A DNA stretch of 64,000 bases. It comes from Alphaproteobacteria bacterium (GTDB lineage: Bacteria > Pseudomonadota > Alphaproteobacteria > MPNO01). A program made the position numbers and the translations under genes. The stretch is from positions 768,001 to 832,000 of the forward strand of contig OZ219866.1 in the NCBI GenBank assembly GCA_964291675.2, read 5' to 3'. Below the pieces are notes generated by a model. That model was not told where the DNA came from and did no database searches. It saw only the letters and a list, made by a program, of their open reading frames with translations. Below, in pieces: positions 19,164-28,313 of this stretch (the first letter of the stretch is position 1; the number at the start of each line of letters is the position of its first letter).

Positions 19164-19951
19164 CCCCCTTTGCGCTGGGACAACAGCGCCTCGATCGCCC
19201 GAAATGGTATGCGAAGGTCGCGAATTTCTTCGGCAGTCAGATAGGGAACAAGGCGGGCCAGGGTTTGATGAGGCGAATCCGCCGTTCCGGCGCGCCGAAA
19301 CCAGGCCGTGCGTACGGTCAAGCCGTGGCCTTTCGCCCATTCCCTTACGCGGGCAGCCACCGTTCGGCTTTGCCATGCGGTCCATTTGGGGAAGACGCCT
19401 CGGCTCGACGCTTCCCGTCGAAATTCCGAAAGTGGATTGGATGATCCGTTCAGCGCGTCAATCAACGGCCCTTGGACATCGGACGGCAGCGTGGCGACAA
19501 AGTTCCGGCGGTCTTCGACCAGGCCACTCAGGGTCACGCTCTCCACCTCGATGGAGGCGCCTTCCGCCTCATTCTCCGGCACGAACCTGTCGCTATTCGG
19601 CAAGTAAACGAAAGGAAGGGGCGAGACCCGTGTGAACGCCTCATACACGTCCTTTCGCAAACCTTGGTGGCCGAGTTCGGCCCCAATTCGCGGCGCATCG
19701 TTCGGAATGCGCGCGCCCTGTATGCCGACCAGGACATCGCTGCCCGGGCGAGCCCGCATGTCGATGTCGTCGACTCGGCGCACCAGCGTCGAAAAGGAAT
19801 CGGGCGACTCGGCGACATGTCTAGCCACATCGAATCCTCGGTCGTTACCGAGCGCGACCATTCGCTGGCGCAGTTTCGCGCCGGGGACCATTTTCGAATC
19901 GGCGTCAAGGCTGCGGAGCGCCTCCATTACAAGGCTATCCCAGTCGTCCAT
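19160..19951 (-). CDS. Hypothetical protein (263 aa), unknown family
   Basis: GGAGG RBS at 19958-19962, globular-looking composition, lower GC than flanks, coupled to the next gene. Confidence 0.8.
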   Translation of the reverse strand: MDDWDSLVMEALRSLDADSKMVPGAKLRQRMVALGNDRGFDVARHVAESPDSFSTLVRRVDDIDMRARPGSDVLVGIQGARIPNDAPRIGAELGHQGLRKDVYEAFTRVSPLPFVYLPNSDRFVPENEAEGASIEVESVTLSGLVEDRRNFVATLPSDVQGPLIDALNGSSNPLSEFRREASSRGVFPKWTAWQSRTVAARVREWAKGHGLTVRTAWFRRAGTADSPHQTLARLVPYLTAEEIRDLRIPFRAIEALLSQRKGG

Positions 19952-19978
19952 GGCGCGCCTCCGGGACTTGGCGAATAC

Positions 19979-20015
19979 AAAAACGGGCTCGATGGATTGG
20001 CCATCGTGCCCGTTT
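19979..20015 (-). terminator. Intrinsic terminator inside the leader of the two-gene cassette
   Basis: Minus strand AAACGGGCACGATGG-CCAAT-CCATCGAGCCCGTTT with the T-run continuing TTGTATT; lies 28 nt before ATG 19951. Confidence 0.7.
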
Positions 20016-20160
20016 GGTCAATGATTCTGCTTGCCTATGCGGCTGCTGGGACAACAAGGGTCCGCTCGAAAGTTAGGCCCGGCAAGCCAGCCTAACAGAG
20101 GGGACCGTCCGGACAGCCCTGGATTCCCCCGCACGAGTGAGTCGATTAAAGAGGAATCGC
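19979..20160 (-). ncRNA. Putative structured non-coding/leader RNA (~180 nt)
   Basis: Bounded by the promoter and terminator; stems at 20122-20129/20151-20158, 20072-20078/20090-20096 and 20057-20064/20110-20120. Confidence 0.5.
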
Positions 20161-20164
20161 GAAA

Positions 20165-20193
20165 AACCTATGAACCGGTTACCAAATTGTCAA
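20165..20193 (-). promoter_or_regulatory. sigma70 promoter with palindrome in the spacer
   Basis: TTGACA (20193-20188), 17 nt, TAGGTT (20170-20165); AACCGGTT palindrome at 20173-20180. Confidence 0.7.
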
Positions 20194-20239
20194 GAGACTG
20201 GACCCAAGGGGTGACGTGTGCGCTTCGTAGCCCGCCGGT

Positions 20240-21544
20240 TCAATTCTTCGTCATCTGCTGCGGCAGGTAGGTGGCGATCTCGGGGAAGACGACCAGCAGC
20301 ACCACGCCGATCTGCAACAGGATGAAGAAGGGGAACGCCGCGCGGGCGATCTGCAGGATGTTGCGCCCGGTAAGCCCCTGCAGGACGAACAGGTTGAACC
20401 CGACCGGCGGGGTGACCTGCGACATCTCGACCACCAGCACCAGATAGATGCCGAACCATATCGGGTCGATCCCCGCTTCCTGGATCATCGGCAGGATGAT
20501 CGAGGTGGTGAGCAGCACCACCGAGATGCCGTCGAGGAAGCAGCCGAGAACGATGAAGAAGACCGTCAGCGCCGCGATCAGCCCGTAGCGGCCGAGCTCC
20601 ATCTCGCCGATCCACTGCGCCAGCGAGCGCGGGATCCCGGTGAAGCCCATGGCGATGGTCAGGAACGACGCGCCGACGAAGATGAAGCTGATCATGCAGG
20701 TGGTGCGCGTCGCCCCCATCAGGCTGTCGGCAAGCACCTGCCGGTTGAGCCCGCCGGTGCCCCAGGCCAGCGCGAGCGAGCCGAGCACGCCGACCACGGC
20801 GGCCTCGACCGGGGTGGCGATGCCGAGATAGATCGAGCCCAGCACGGCGACGATCAGCAGGATGGTGGGCAGCAGGCGGCGGGACTCGTAGATCTTGCGC
20901 CAGATGGTGAACCGCTCGTCGCTCTTCGGGATGCGGGACGGGTTGACCAGCGCCCACAGCATGATGAAGCCCATGAACAGCGCCATCAGCATGACGCCCG
21001 GCAGAATGCCGGCGATGAACAGCCGGGCGATCGAGAGCTCCGCGGCGACGCCATAGACGATCAGGATGATCGACGGCGGGATCAGGAAGCCGAGCGTGCC
21101 GGAGCCCGCCAGCGTCCCGATCGACATGCGCTCGTCATAGCCGCGCCCGTGCAGCTCGGGGATCGACATGCGCCCGATGGTCACCGCCGTCGCCGCGGAG
21201 GACCCGGAAATCGCGGCGAAGATGCCGCAGGCGACCACGTTGACGTGCAACAGCCGGCCGGGCAGTCGCGTCACCCAGGGCGCGATGCCGCGGAACATGT
21301 CCTCCGACAGCCGCGTGCGGAACAGGATCTCCCCCATCCAGACGAACAGCGGCAGCGCGATCAGCGAGAACGGGGTGGTCGAGCCCCAGGTCGTGGTCGC
21401 CAGCACCGAGCCCGCCGGCGCGGTGGTGAACGTCATCATCGCGAACACCGAGACGCCCACCAGCGACAGCGCCACCCAGAGCCCCGAGCCGAGCAGCAGC
21501 AGGAGGACGAAGGTCAGCACCAGCGCGATCGAGAGGATGTCCAT
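20240..21544 (-). CDS. dctM: TRAP transporter large permease
   Basis: LIALPLFVWMGEIL, FAAISGSS.AT, GTLGFLIPPSI, TPPVGFNLFV. Confidence 0.95.
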   Translation of the reverse strand: MDILSIALVLTFVLLLLLGSGLWVALSLVGVSVFAMMTFTTAPAGSVLATTTWGSTTPFSLIALPLFVWMGEILFRTRLSEDMFRGIAPWVTRLPGRLLHVNVVACGIFAAISGSSAATAVTIGRMSIPELHGRGYDERMSIGTLAGSGTLGFLIPPSIILIVYGVAAELSIARLFIAGILPGVMLMALFMGFIMLWALVNPSRIPKSDERFTIWRKIYESRRLLPTILLIVAVLGSIYLGIATPVEAAVVGVLGSLALAWGTGGLNRQVLADSLMGATRTTCMISFIFVGASFLTIAMGFTGIPRSLAQWIGEMELGRYGLIAALTVFFIVLGCFLDGISVVLLTTSIILPMIQEAGIDPIWFGIYLVLVVEMSQVTPPVGFNLFVLQGLTGRNILQIARAAFPFFILLQIGVVLLVVFPEIATYLPQQMTKN

Positions 21545-21553
21545 GAAGGCGCC

Positions 21554-22090
21554 CTAGCTCTCGTCGCCCAGCCTGAGCGCCCGGACGGCCTCGTCGCCGT
21601 CCCGTTCGGCGTATTGCGGCGTCCGCCCGCTCAGCATGACGACCAGCTCGTCGACGAAGGCGATCGCCAGCACCACCAGGCCCAGCGCGAGACCCGATTG
21701 CGGGATCCAGAGCGGGGTCTTGATCAACCCCTGGCCGACCTCGCCGAACACGAAGGTCTCGTAGGCGAAGGCGCAGAAATGCCAGGCGAAGTAGATGCTG
21801 AGCAGGGTGCCCAGCACGAGGCAGAAGAGCTCCAGCGCATGGCGCATCCGCGGCGGCACGCGGAGCAGCAGGATCGACACGCGGATGTGCTCGCCGCTGG
21901 TCAGCGTATAGGCGAGGCCGAGGAAGATCGCCGAGGCGAGGCAGTAGCCGGCGAACTCGGTGGCGGCAGGGATCAGCACGCCCGCCATCCGGCCGACGAT
22001 CTCGGCCAGGATGGCGAGCGCGATGCAGACGATGAACGCGGCGGAGAGGACGCCGCAGCCGCGATAGAGCCCGTCGAGGAGGCGTCTCAC
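21554..22090 (-). CDS. dctQ: TRAP transporter small permease
   Basis: Four TM segments, GEHIRV, TPLWIPQ; lies between dctP and dctM. Confidence 0.92.
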   Translation of the reverse strand: MRRLLDGLYRGCGVLSAAFIVCIALAILAEIVGRMAGVLIPAATEFAGYCLASAIFLGLAYTLTSGEHIRVSILLLRVPPRMRHALELFCLVLGTLLSIYFAWHFCAFAYETFVFGEVGQGLIKTPLWIPQSGLALGLVVLAIAFVDELVVMLSGRTPQYAERDGDEAVRALRLGDES

Positions 22091-22112
22091 ATCGTCATGC
22101 GCGAACCGGCGC

Positions 22113-23090
22113 TCAGTTGGACGCGCGGTAGGCGTCGAGGATCTTCTTGCCGTCCGGCCCCGCCTGGGACAGCCAGTCCTCGACCATCCTCGCGCCGGCC
22201 GCGCGCAGCCCCTTCATCAGCCCGGGCTTGGGCGGCACCACGGTGAGCTTTTCGGCGAGCTTCGCGGTCATCTTGGCGGTCTCGTTGGCGCTCATCTCCC
22301 AGCCCCTGGGCTCGGCCCGGGCGGCGGCGTCGAGCACGGCCTTCCGCGTTGCCTCGCCGAGCCGCCGGAAGGCGCGCGTGTTGACGATGACCATGTTCTT
22401 GCCGAGCCCGGCGCGGGTGTCGTGGTAGTGGGTGAGGTAGTCCCACGACTTGGTCAGCACGCCGGTGGTGGCCGAGGTGATCATCGCATCCACGATGCCG
22501 GTGGAGAACGCCTGCGGGATGTCGACCAGCTGCACCGTCGTCGGCACCGCGCCGACGGCGGCGGCGTAGCGCGAGATGGTGGCGTTGTAGGCGCGGAACT
22601 TGAGCCCCTTGAAGTCGTCGGCGCTCTTCAACTCCATCTTGGCGTAGAAGCCCTGGGGCGGCCAGGGAACCGAATAGAGCAGCGTCAGCCCCTTCTTGGC
22701 CAGCCGGCTCGCGATGAAGGGCTTCGAGACCTGCCACAGCCGCTTGGCCTGGTCGTAGCTCTCGGCGAAGAACAAGAGCGAGTCGACCTCGTAGACCCGG
22801 TCCTCGTTGGCGAGCAGCGAGACGATGGTCTCGCCCATCTGGATCTGGCCGCTCTGCACCGCGCGGTGGATCTCGGGCAGCTTGTAGAGCGACTGCGCGC
22901 TGTGCACGGTGATCTTGAGATCGCCCTTGGACGCCTCGGCGATCTCGTTCGCGAACTGATGGATGTTCTTGGTGTGGAAGAACGGATCCGGATAGGCGGT
23001 CGCCATGTTCCACTGCTGCGCGGCGAGCGCGCCACTGGCCGCGAGAACGACCGCGAGCCCGGCCGCGACCGCCGAAATCCTGAGCTTCAT
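22113..23090 (-). CDS. dctP: TRAP transporter substrate-binding protein
   Basis: Signal peptide from MKLRIS; LYSVPWPPQG, DFKGLKFRAYN, TGIVDAMITS. Confidence 0.93.
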   Translation of the reverse strand: MKLRISAVAAGLAVVLAASGALAAQQWNMATAYPDPFFHTKNIHQFANEIAEASKGDLKITVHSAQSLYKLPEIHRAVQSGQIQMGETIVSLLANEDRVYEVDSLLFFAESYDQAKRLWQVSKPFIASRLAKKGLTLLYSVPWPPQGFYAKMELKSADDFKGLKFRAYNATISRYAAAVGAVPTTVQLVDIPQAFSTGIVDAMITSATTGVLTKSWDYLTHYHDTRAGLGKNMVIVNTRAFRRLGEATRKAVLDAAARAEPRGWEMSANETAKMTAKLAEKLTVVPPKPGLMKGLRAAGARMVEDWLSQAGPDGKKILDAYRASN

Positions 23091-23229
23091 TTCCGAATCC
23101 TTCCTTGCCGAGTGGCGAAACGGGGATTGTTCCACCGCCACCGGGGAGGGTCAACCGCCGGCGCTTGCCCGCCGGCCCGGGGCAGGTTATCCTGCGCGGG
23201 ATTGCAACCCTCTGTCGAGGTGCGTGTCG

Positions 23230-23451
23230 ATGAAGAAGACCCTCGCGATTGTCGCCGCTGCTGCGTTTGCGGCCGCGATTTCGTCCCCGGCGCTTGCCTG
23301 CATGTACAGCAAGATGGTCTCGACCGAGACGCAGACGCCGATCACGACTGCGCTCAACACCCAGCCGTCGACGCCTGCCCCCGCGGTTCAGCCGATCGAG
23401 CCGGAGACCGAACCGGCCACGGCGAAACCCGAGGCCAAGTCCGACAGCTAG
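23230..23451 (+). CDS. Small secreted protein (73 aa), Pro/Thr/Glu-rich
   Basis: GAGG RBS; MKKTLAIVAAAAFAAAISSPALA-C signal peptide; low-complexity mature part. Confidence 0.75.
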   Translation: MKKTLAIVAAAAFAAAISSPALACMYSKMVSTETQTPITTALNTQPSTPAPAVQPIEPETEPATAKPEAKSDS

Positions 23452-23536
23452 CGGCGGCGCTTCGGCGCGGAACGGGACCCGGCCCCGCGCCGGGCGGTAT
23501 GGCTCGCCCGCGGGCGGGCCGGGAGAGGGTTTCTGC

Positions 23537-24562
23537 ATGGGCTACAAGGTTGCCGTCGCCGGCGCGACCGGCGCGGTCGGGCGCGAGATTCTGCAATGTC
23601 TCGCCGAGCGCGCCTTTCCGGTCGACGAGCTGGCGGCGCTCGCCTCCGAACGCTCGGTCGGCCGCGAGGTCTCGTTCGGCGAGGACGACGTTCTGCCGGT
23701 CGGCGATCTCGCCGGCTTCGATTTCGCCGGCTTCGACATCGCGCTGTTCTCGCCGGGGGCCAAGGTGTCCGCCGTGCATGCGCCACGCGCCGCCAGGGCG
23801 GGCTGCGTGGTGATCGACAACACGTCGCAGTTCCGCATGGACCCCGACGTCCCTCTGGTGGTGCCGGAGATCAACCCGCAGGCGCTGGCCGCGCCGAAGC
23901 GCAACATCGTCGCCAACCCCAACTGCTCGACCATCCAGATGGTGATGGCGCTCAAGCCGCTGCACGACCTCGCCAGGGTGCGGCGGGTGGTCGTCGCCAC
24001 CTACCAGTCGGTCTCGGGTTCCGGCAAGTCGGCGATGGACGAGCTGTTCAACCAGACCCGCGGAATCTACGTCAACGAGCAGGTGAAGAACGAGCAGTTC
24101 ACCAAGCAGATCGCCTTCAACGTGATCCCCCATTGCGACGTCTTCATGGAGGACGGCGAGACCCGTGAGGAGTGGAAGATGGCGGTCGAGACGCGCAAGA
24201 TCCTCGACCCCGGCATCAAGGTGACGGCGAGCTGCGTCCGCGTGCCGGTCTTCGTCGGTCACGGAGAGGCGGTCAACGCCGAGTTCGCGCGCCCGATCGA
24301 GGTCGAGGCCGCCCGCGAGGCGCTGTCCGAGATGCCGGGCGTGGTCGTCGTGGACCACCGCGCCGACGAGGGCTACGTGACCCCCGCCGAGTGCGCCGGC
24401 GAGGACCAGGTCTATGTCAGCCGCATCCGCCGGGACCCGACGGTCGCGCACGGGCTGAGCTTCTGGGTGGTGTCCGACAATCTGCGCAAAGGGGCGGCGC
24501 TCAACGCGGTGCAGATCGCCGAGCTGCTGACCGGGTCACGCGCGCTGCTGCCGGCGGCGTGA
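23537..24562 (+). CDS. asd: Aspartate-semialdehyde dehydrogenase
   Basis: VAGATGAVG, NPNCSTIQ, TYQSVSG, CVRVPVFVGH, DNLRKGAALNAVQIAE. Confidence 0.98.
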   Translation: MGYKVAVAGATGAVGREILQCLAERAFPVDELAALASERSVGREVSFGEDDVLPVGDLAGFDFAGFDIALFSPGAKVSAVHAPRAARAGCVVIDNTSQFRMDPDVPLVVPEINPQALAAPKRNIVANPNCSTIQMVMALKPLHDLARVRRVVVATYQSVSGSGKSAMDELFNQTRGIYVNEQVKNEQFTKQIAFNVIPHCDVFMEDGETREEWKMAVETRKILDPGIKVTASCVRVPVFVGHGEAVNAEFARPIEVEAAREALSEMPGVVVVDHRADEGYVTPAECAGEDQVYVSRIRRDPTVAHGLSFWVVSDNLRKGAALNAVQIAELLTGSRALLPAA

Positions 24563-24579
24563 AACCGAGGGAGGGAAGG

Positions 24580-24867
24580 ATGGTCGTCGAGATCGCCACG
24601 ATTTACGTCAACCCGGACGACGAGGCCGCCTTCGTCGAGGGGTTCGCGGCCGGCGCCGACATCCTGCGCCGCCAGAAGGGCTGCCGGGGGATGCGCTGGG
24701 GCAAGCGGGTCGAGCCCGAGCTCGCCTACATGATCGCGGTCGAGTGGGACAGCATCGAGGACCACTTCGCCTTCCGCGAGACCGAGGATTACAAGACCTT
24801 CGGTTCGAAGTTCCGCGATTGTCTTGCGAAACCGCCGGAGGTCTTCCATTTCGAGCCGCGCGGCTAG
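24580..24867 (+). CDS. Antibiotic biosynthesis monooxygenase (ABM) family protein
   Basis: 95 aa, VEWDSIEDH..FR, PPEVFHF; strong RBS. Confidence 0.85.
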   Translation: MVVEIATIYVNPDDEAAFVEGFAAGADILRRQKGCRGMRWGKRVEPELAYMIAVEWDSIEDHFAFRETEDYKTFGSKFRDCLAKPPEVFHFEPRG

Positions 24868-24897
24868 GCGGCCGCTTCGCGGCCGCTCAGGGTGAGG
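24868..24897. repeat. Palindromic REP-like intergenic element remnant
   Basis: GCGGCCGC-TTC-GCGGCCGC followed by TCAGGGTGAGG; single copy seen in this window. Confidence 0.4.
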
Positions 24898-24907
24898 GCG
24901 GGGCGGG

Positions 24908-25420
24908 TTGGCCGACAGGACCCCCTCTTCCCGAGCGGGCGCGCAGGCGCCGCATCGAGGGACGCCCGCCCTGCCCCGCGACCCCGTCGCCGGCATCCTG
25001 CTGGCGGCGTCGCTGCCGTTGCTGATCGCCGGGCTGGTCATGCCGGCGCTCTCGGTCACCCGCTTCGTGGTGTTCGGCGAGACCTGGTCGATCCTCGACG
25101 GCGTGCTCGCCTTCTGGTCCGACGGGCGCTACGCGCTGTTCGCGCTGGTCTTCCCGTTCTCGGTGGTGCTGCCCCTCGGCAAGGTGGCGATCGGCATCTG
25201 GGCCTGGCTGGCGGCGGCGCCCGGGGGATCGTTGCCCGGCCGGGCTGCGGGCGGCCGGGTCTCGCGCTGGTCGATGCTCGACGTCTGCATCGTGGCGCTA
25301 CTGGTCGTCGCCCTCGAAGGCAGCCTGCTGACCACCGCCGACATCCACGCCGGCCTGGTGGTGTTCGCCATCGGCATCGCCGTCTCGACCGTCGCGACCT
25401 ATCGCCTGGTGCAGCGCTAG
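24908..25420 (+). CDS. Paraquat-inducible protein A (PqiA)-like membrane protein
   Basis: SILDGV..FW..G, FSVVLP.GK, RWSMLDV..VALLV; start uncertain. Confidence 0.8.
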   Translation: MADRTPSSRAGAQAPHRGTPALPRDPVAGILLAASLPLLIAGLVMPALSVTRFVVFGETWSILDGVLAFWSDGRYALFALVFPFSVVLPLGKVAIGIWAWLAAAPGGSLPGRAAGGRVSRWSMLDVCIVALLVVALEGSLLTTADIHAGLVVFAIGIAVSTVATYRLVQR

Positions 25421-27631
25421 CCCGGCCGGGGAGATCGGAACCCGGGCCGACGCCGCCTGCCATCCCATGGCGCGGGCGACGGCGTTCCAGATCGCCGCGG
25501 GCGGCGCGATGGTCGCGCTCTCGCCGACGCCGCGGATGCCGAGCGGGTTGGTGGGAGACGGGGTGTCCTGCTCGACGAGGCACAGGACAGGCGCGCCGTC
25601 GGCGGCCGGCGCGAGATAGTCGGCCAGCGTCAGGGTGAGCGGCTGGCCGTCGGGCGCGAACCTCATCTCCGTCAGCAGCGCGTTGGCGATGCCCTCGACC
25701 GCCCCGCCCGCGACCTGGCCGCGGACGATCGCCGGGTTGAGCGCCCGGCCGATATCGTGGCCGACCGTATAGTCCAGGATCTCGACCGAGCCGGTCTCCG
25801 GATCGACCGCCACCCGCGCCGCATGCACCGAGAAGGCGAGCGTCGCCGGCTCGTCGGCGTGCCAGACGGTCGCCGCTTCGAGCCCCGACCCGCCGTCGAA
25901 CAGCGCCCCGCCCGGGGCGACGGCGCGCGCCGCATCGTCGATCCCGAGCCCGCTGTCGGTCCCGTCGCGCCGCAGGATGCGGCCGGCCGCGATGTCGAGC
26001 GCGGCGGGGTCGTCCTGCAGCAGCCGCGCGGCGATCGCCAGAATCCGCGCGCGCAACGCATTCGCCGCCTCGAAGACCGCGCTGCCCCCCATGATCGCAC
26101 CCCGGCTCGCGAACGCGCCGCGCCCGAAGGGGACAAGCGCCGTGTCGCCGAGCGCGACCGAGACCCTCCCGATATCCGCGCCCAGCGCCTCGGCCGCAAT
26201 CTGGGCGAAGCTCGTCGCCTGTCCCTGCCCCTGCGAGCTCATCCCCGAGGCCACGCGGATTTCGCCCGACGGGTCGATGCGGATGGAGGCCGACTCGAAG
26301 TTGACCACGCCCGAGACATCGACCCCGCCCGCCAGCCCCCAGGCCGTCCGCACCCCGCCGGGCCGCGCCTCGACCGCCTCGTCATATCCGCTTTGCGCCA
26401 GCACCCGGTCCAGAAGCGCGGGGAAGTCGCCGCCGCGAAAGGCGAAATCGGCGCCGCCGAACCCGGTTCCCGTCGCATGGGGCAGGTCGTCCGGGCGCAC
26501 CAGGTTGGCCCGCCTGAGCCGGGCCGCGTCGATGCCGAGCGCGCTTGCGGCGCGGTCGACCAGGGTCTCGATGGCGAGCGCGGCCTCGGGCTGGCCGGCG
26601 CCGCGATAGGTCGCCGCCGGCGTCTTGTTGGTGCCGACCGCCAGCACCTCGACCGAGAAATCGGGGATCCGGTAGGCGCCCGGGATCAGCGCGCCGCACA
26701 GCTCGCCCGTCGCGATACCGCTGGTAAACACGTAGGCCCCGACATCGAGCACCACCCGCGCGCGCAACGCCTCGAAGCGTCCGTCGGCGGCGAGGCCGAG
26801 CTCGAGCGCGACGTCGATGCCGCGCGAATGGGCGGTCGCCAGCATGTTCTCGCGCCGGTCCTCGATCCACTTGACCGGGCGGCCGAGCACGCGGCTCGCC
26901 TCGGCCAGCACGACCTCCTCGCCGTAGCAGCGCGACTTGGCGCCGAATCCGCCGCCCACGTCCTCGCAGACCACCCGGACGGCGCTTTCCGGGAGATCGA
27001 GCAGGGAGGCGAGGTTCTCGCGCACGTTGTAATGCGCCTGGGTGGAGAGCCGGACGGTCAGCCTGCCGCGCGCGCGGTCGAAATCGGCGACGGCGCCGCG
27101 GGTCTCGAGCGGCAGCGGGATCTGCCGCGCGAAGCGGCTCTCGTGGCCGACGCGCCGCGCCGCGCGGGCCAGCGCGCTTGCGGCATCGCCGCGCTCGTAA
27201 GAGAAGCGGGCGGCGACGTTGCCGGTCCAGGAGTCATGGAGCGCCGGTGCGCCCGCTTCCAGCGCCGCCGCGGTCCCGGCGACCGGGTCCAGCGGGCGGT
27301 AGTCGACCTCCACGAGGGCGGCGAGATCCTCCGCCCGGTAGGCGTCGTCGGCGACCACCAGCGCCACCGGCTCGCCGACATAGCGCACCCGCCCGGCTGC
27401 GAGGAAGGGCTGGGTCCCGCCGCGGATCGCCTTGTGCCAGTAGCGCACCACGAAGTCCCGGTCCGCGAAGGGGAGATCGGCGGCGGCGAGCACCAGCCGG
27501 GCGCCGGCCGCCAGCGCCGCCGAGGGATCGATGCCGGCGATCGCGGCGTGCGGGTGCGGGCTGCGGAGGAAGACCCCGTGCAGCATGCGGGGGAGGCCGA
27601 CATCGTCGACGAAGCGCGCCCGGCCGCGCAA
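25298..27631 (-). CDS. Xanthine dehydrogenase/CoxL-family molybdopterin-binding large subunit (both termini atypical)
   Basis: LRGRARFVDD, DVGGGFGAK, TYRGAGQP, QGQG, GAFASR, GIRGVGE. Confidence 0.88.
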   Translation of the reverse strand: MRGRARFVDDVGLPRMLHGVFLRSPHPHAAIAGIDPSAALAAGARLVLAAADLPFADRDFVVRYWHKAIRGGTQPFLAAGRVRYVGEPVALVVADDAYRAEDLAALVEVDYRPLDPVAGTAAALEAGAPALHDSWTGNVAARFSYERGDAASALARAARRVGHESRFARQIPLPLETRGAVADFDRARGRLTVRLSTQAHYNVRENLASLLDLPESAVRVVCEDVGGGFGAKSRCYGEEVVLAEASRVLGRPVKWIEDRRENMLATAHSRGIDVALELGLAADGRFEALRARVVLDVGAYVFTSGIATGELCGALIPGAYRIPDFSVEVLAVGTNKTPAATYRGAGQPEAALAIETLVDRAASALGIDAARLRRANLVRPDDLPHATGTGFGGADFAFRGGDFPALLDRVLAQSGYDEAVEARPGGVRTAWGLAGGVDVSGVVNFESASIRIDPSGEIRVASGMSSQGQGQATSFAQIAAEALGADIGRVSVALGDTALVPFGRGAFASRGAIMGGSAVFEAANALRARILAIAARLLQDDPAALDIAAGRILRRDGTDSGLGIDDAARAVAPGGALFDGGSGLEAATVWHADEPATLAFSVHAARVAVDPETGSVEILDYTVGHDIGRALNPAIVRGQVAGGAVEGIANALLTEMRFAPDGQPLTLTLADYLAPAADGAPVLCLVEQDTPSPTNPLGIRGVGESATIAPPAAIWNAVARAMGWQAASARVPISPAGLALHQAIGRDGRDGDADGEHHQAGVDVGGGQQAAFEGDDQ

Positions 27632-27689
27632 GAGCCGCGCGTCCTCCTTGCGCGCGACCGAGCGGCCGATCGCCGGGGAGGATGCGCCG

Positions 27690-28151
27690 TCAGATCCCTC
27701 CCGGCCGTTCGTCCGCGCTCGCCTCGGAGAAATGGACGTGCACCACCCGCCAGGCGCCGTCCTCCTTGTGGAACACCATCGTCGAGCGCGAGACGAAATC
27801 GCTGTCGTGCAGAGCGCTCGGCCGCTCGCCCTCGCCGACCCAGCGCAGCCGGGTCCTGCGGTGGCACCAGATCACCGCGATGTCGTCGCCGACCGTGCCG
27901 CCGATGTCGTAAGGCGTCCAGGCGCCGGTCTCCAGCTTGCCGGCATAGAACTTCCACAGCCGGATCCAGTGCTCGCGCCCGACATAGGTGTGGCCGTTGA
28001 GGTTGAAGAAGGTCGCCCGGTCGGCGCCGCTCCATATCCCCTCCAGCGCCCGCCAGTCGAACGAGGCGTTGGCCTCCAGATAGGCGGCGTGCAGCGCCAG
28101 CAGGGTCTTGCGGTCGGCCTCGCTGCCGCCGATCGGCCCGGCCTCGGTCAT
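27690..28151 (-). CDS. NTF2/SnoaL-like (DUF4440-type) protein
   Basis: 153 aa; FFNLNGHTYVG.EHW, SRSTMVF.KEDG.WRVVHVHFS. Confidence 0.85.
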   Translation of the reverse strand: MTEAGPIGGSEADRKTLLALHAAYLEANASFDWRALEGIWSGADRATFFNLNGHTYVGREHWIRLWKFYAGKLETGAWTPYDIGGTVGDDIAVIWCHRRTRLRWVGEGERPSALHDSDFVSRSTMVFHKEDGAWRVVHVHFSEASADERPGGI

Positions 28152-28313
28152 CGCCGCCTCCCTCGCCGTCCTGGGGCGCGGAGTGTAGGGCGCGCGCAAC
28201 CGAAGTTGAAGCGGAGGCCGGTTGTCGGCGGCGGGAGGCGCACCTATAAGGGCCGGCATGGCGCGCTGGCCGAAACCGCTGAAAGCGCTCGCGACAATCG
28301 GCGAGCAGCCCCG

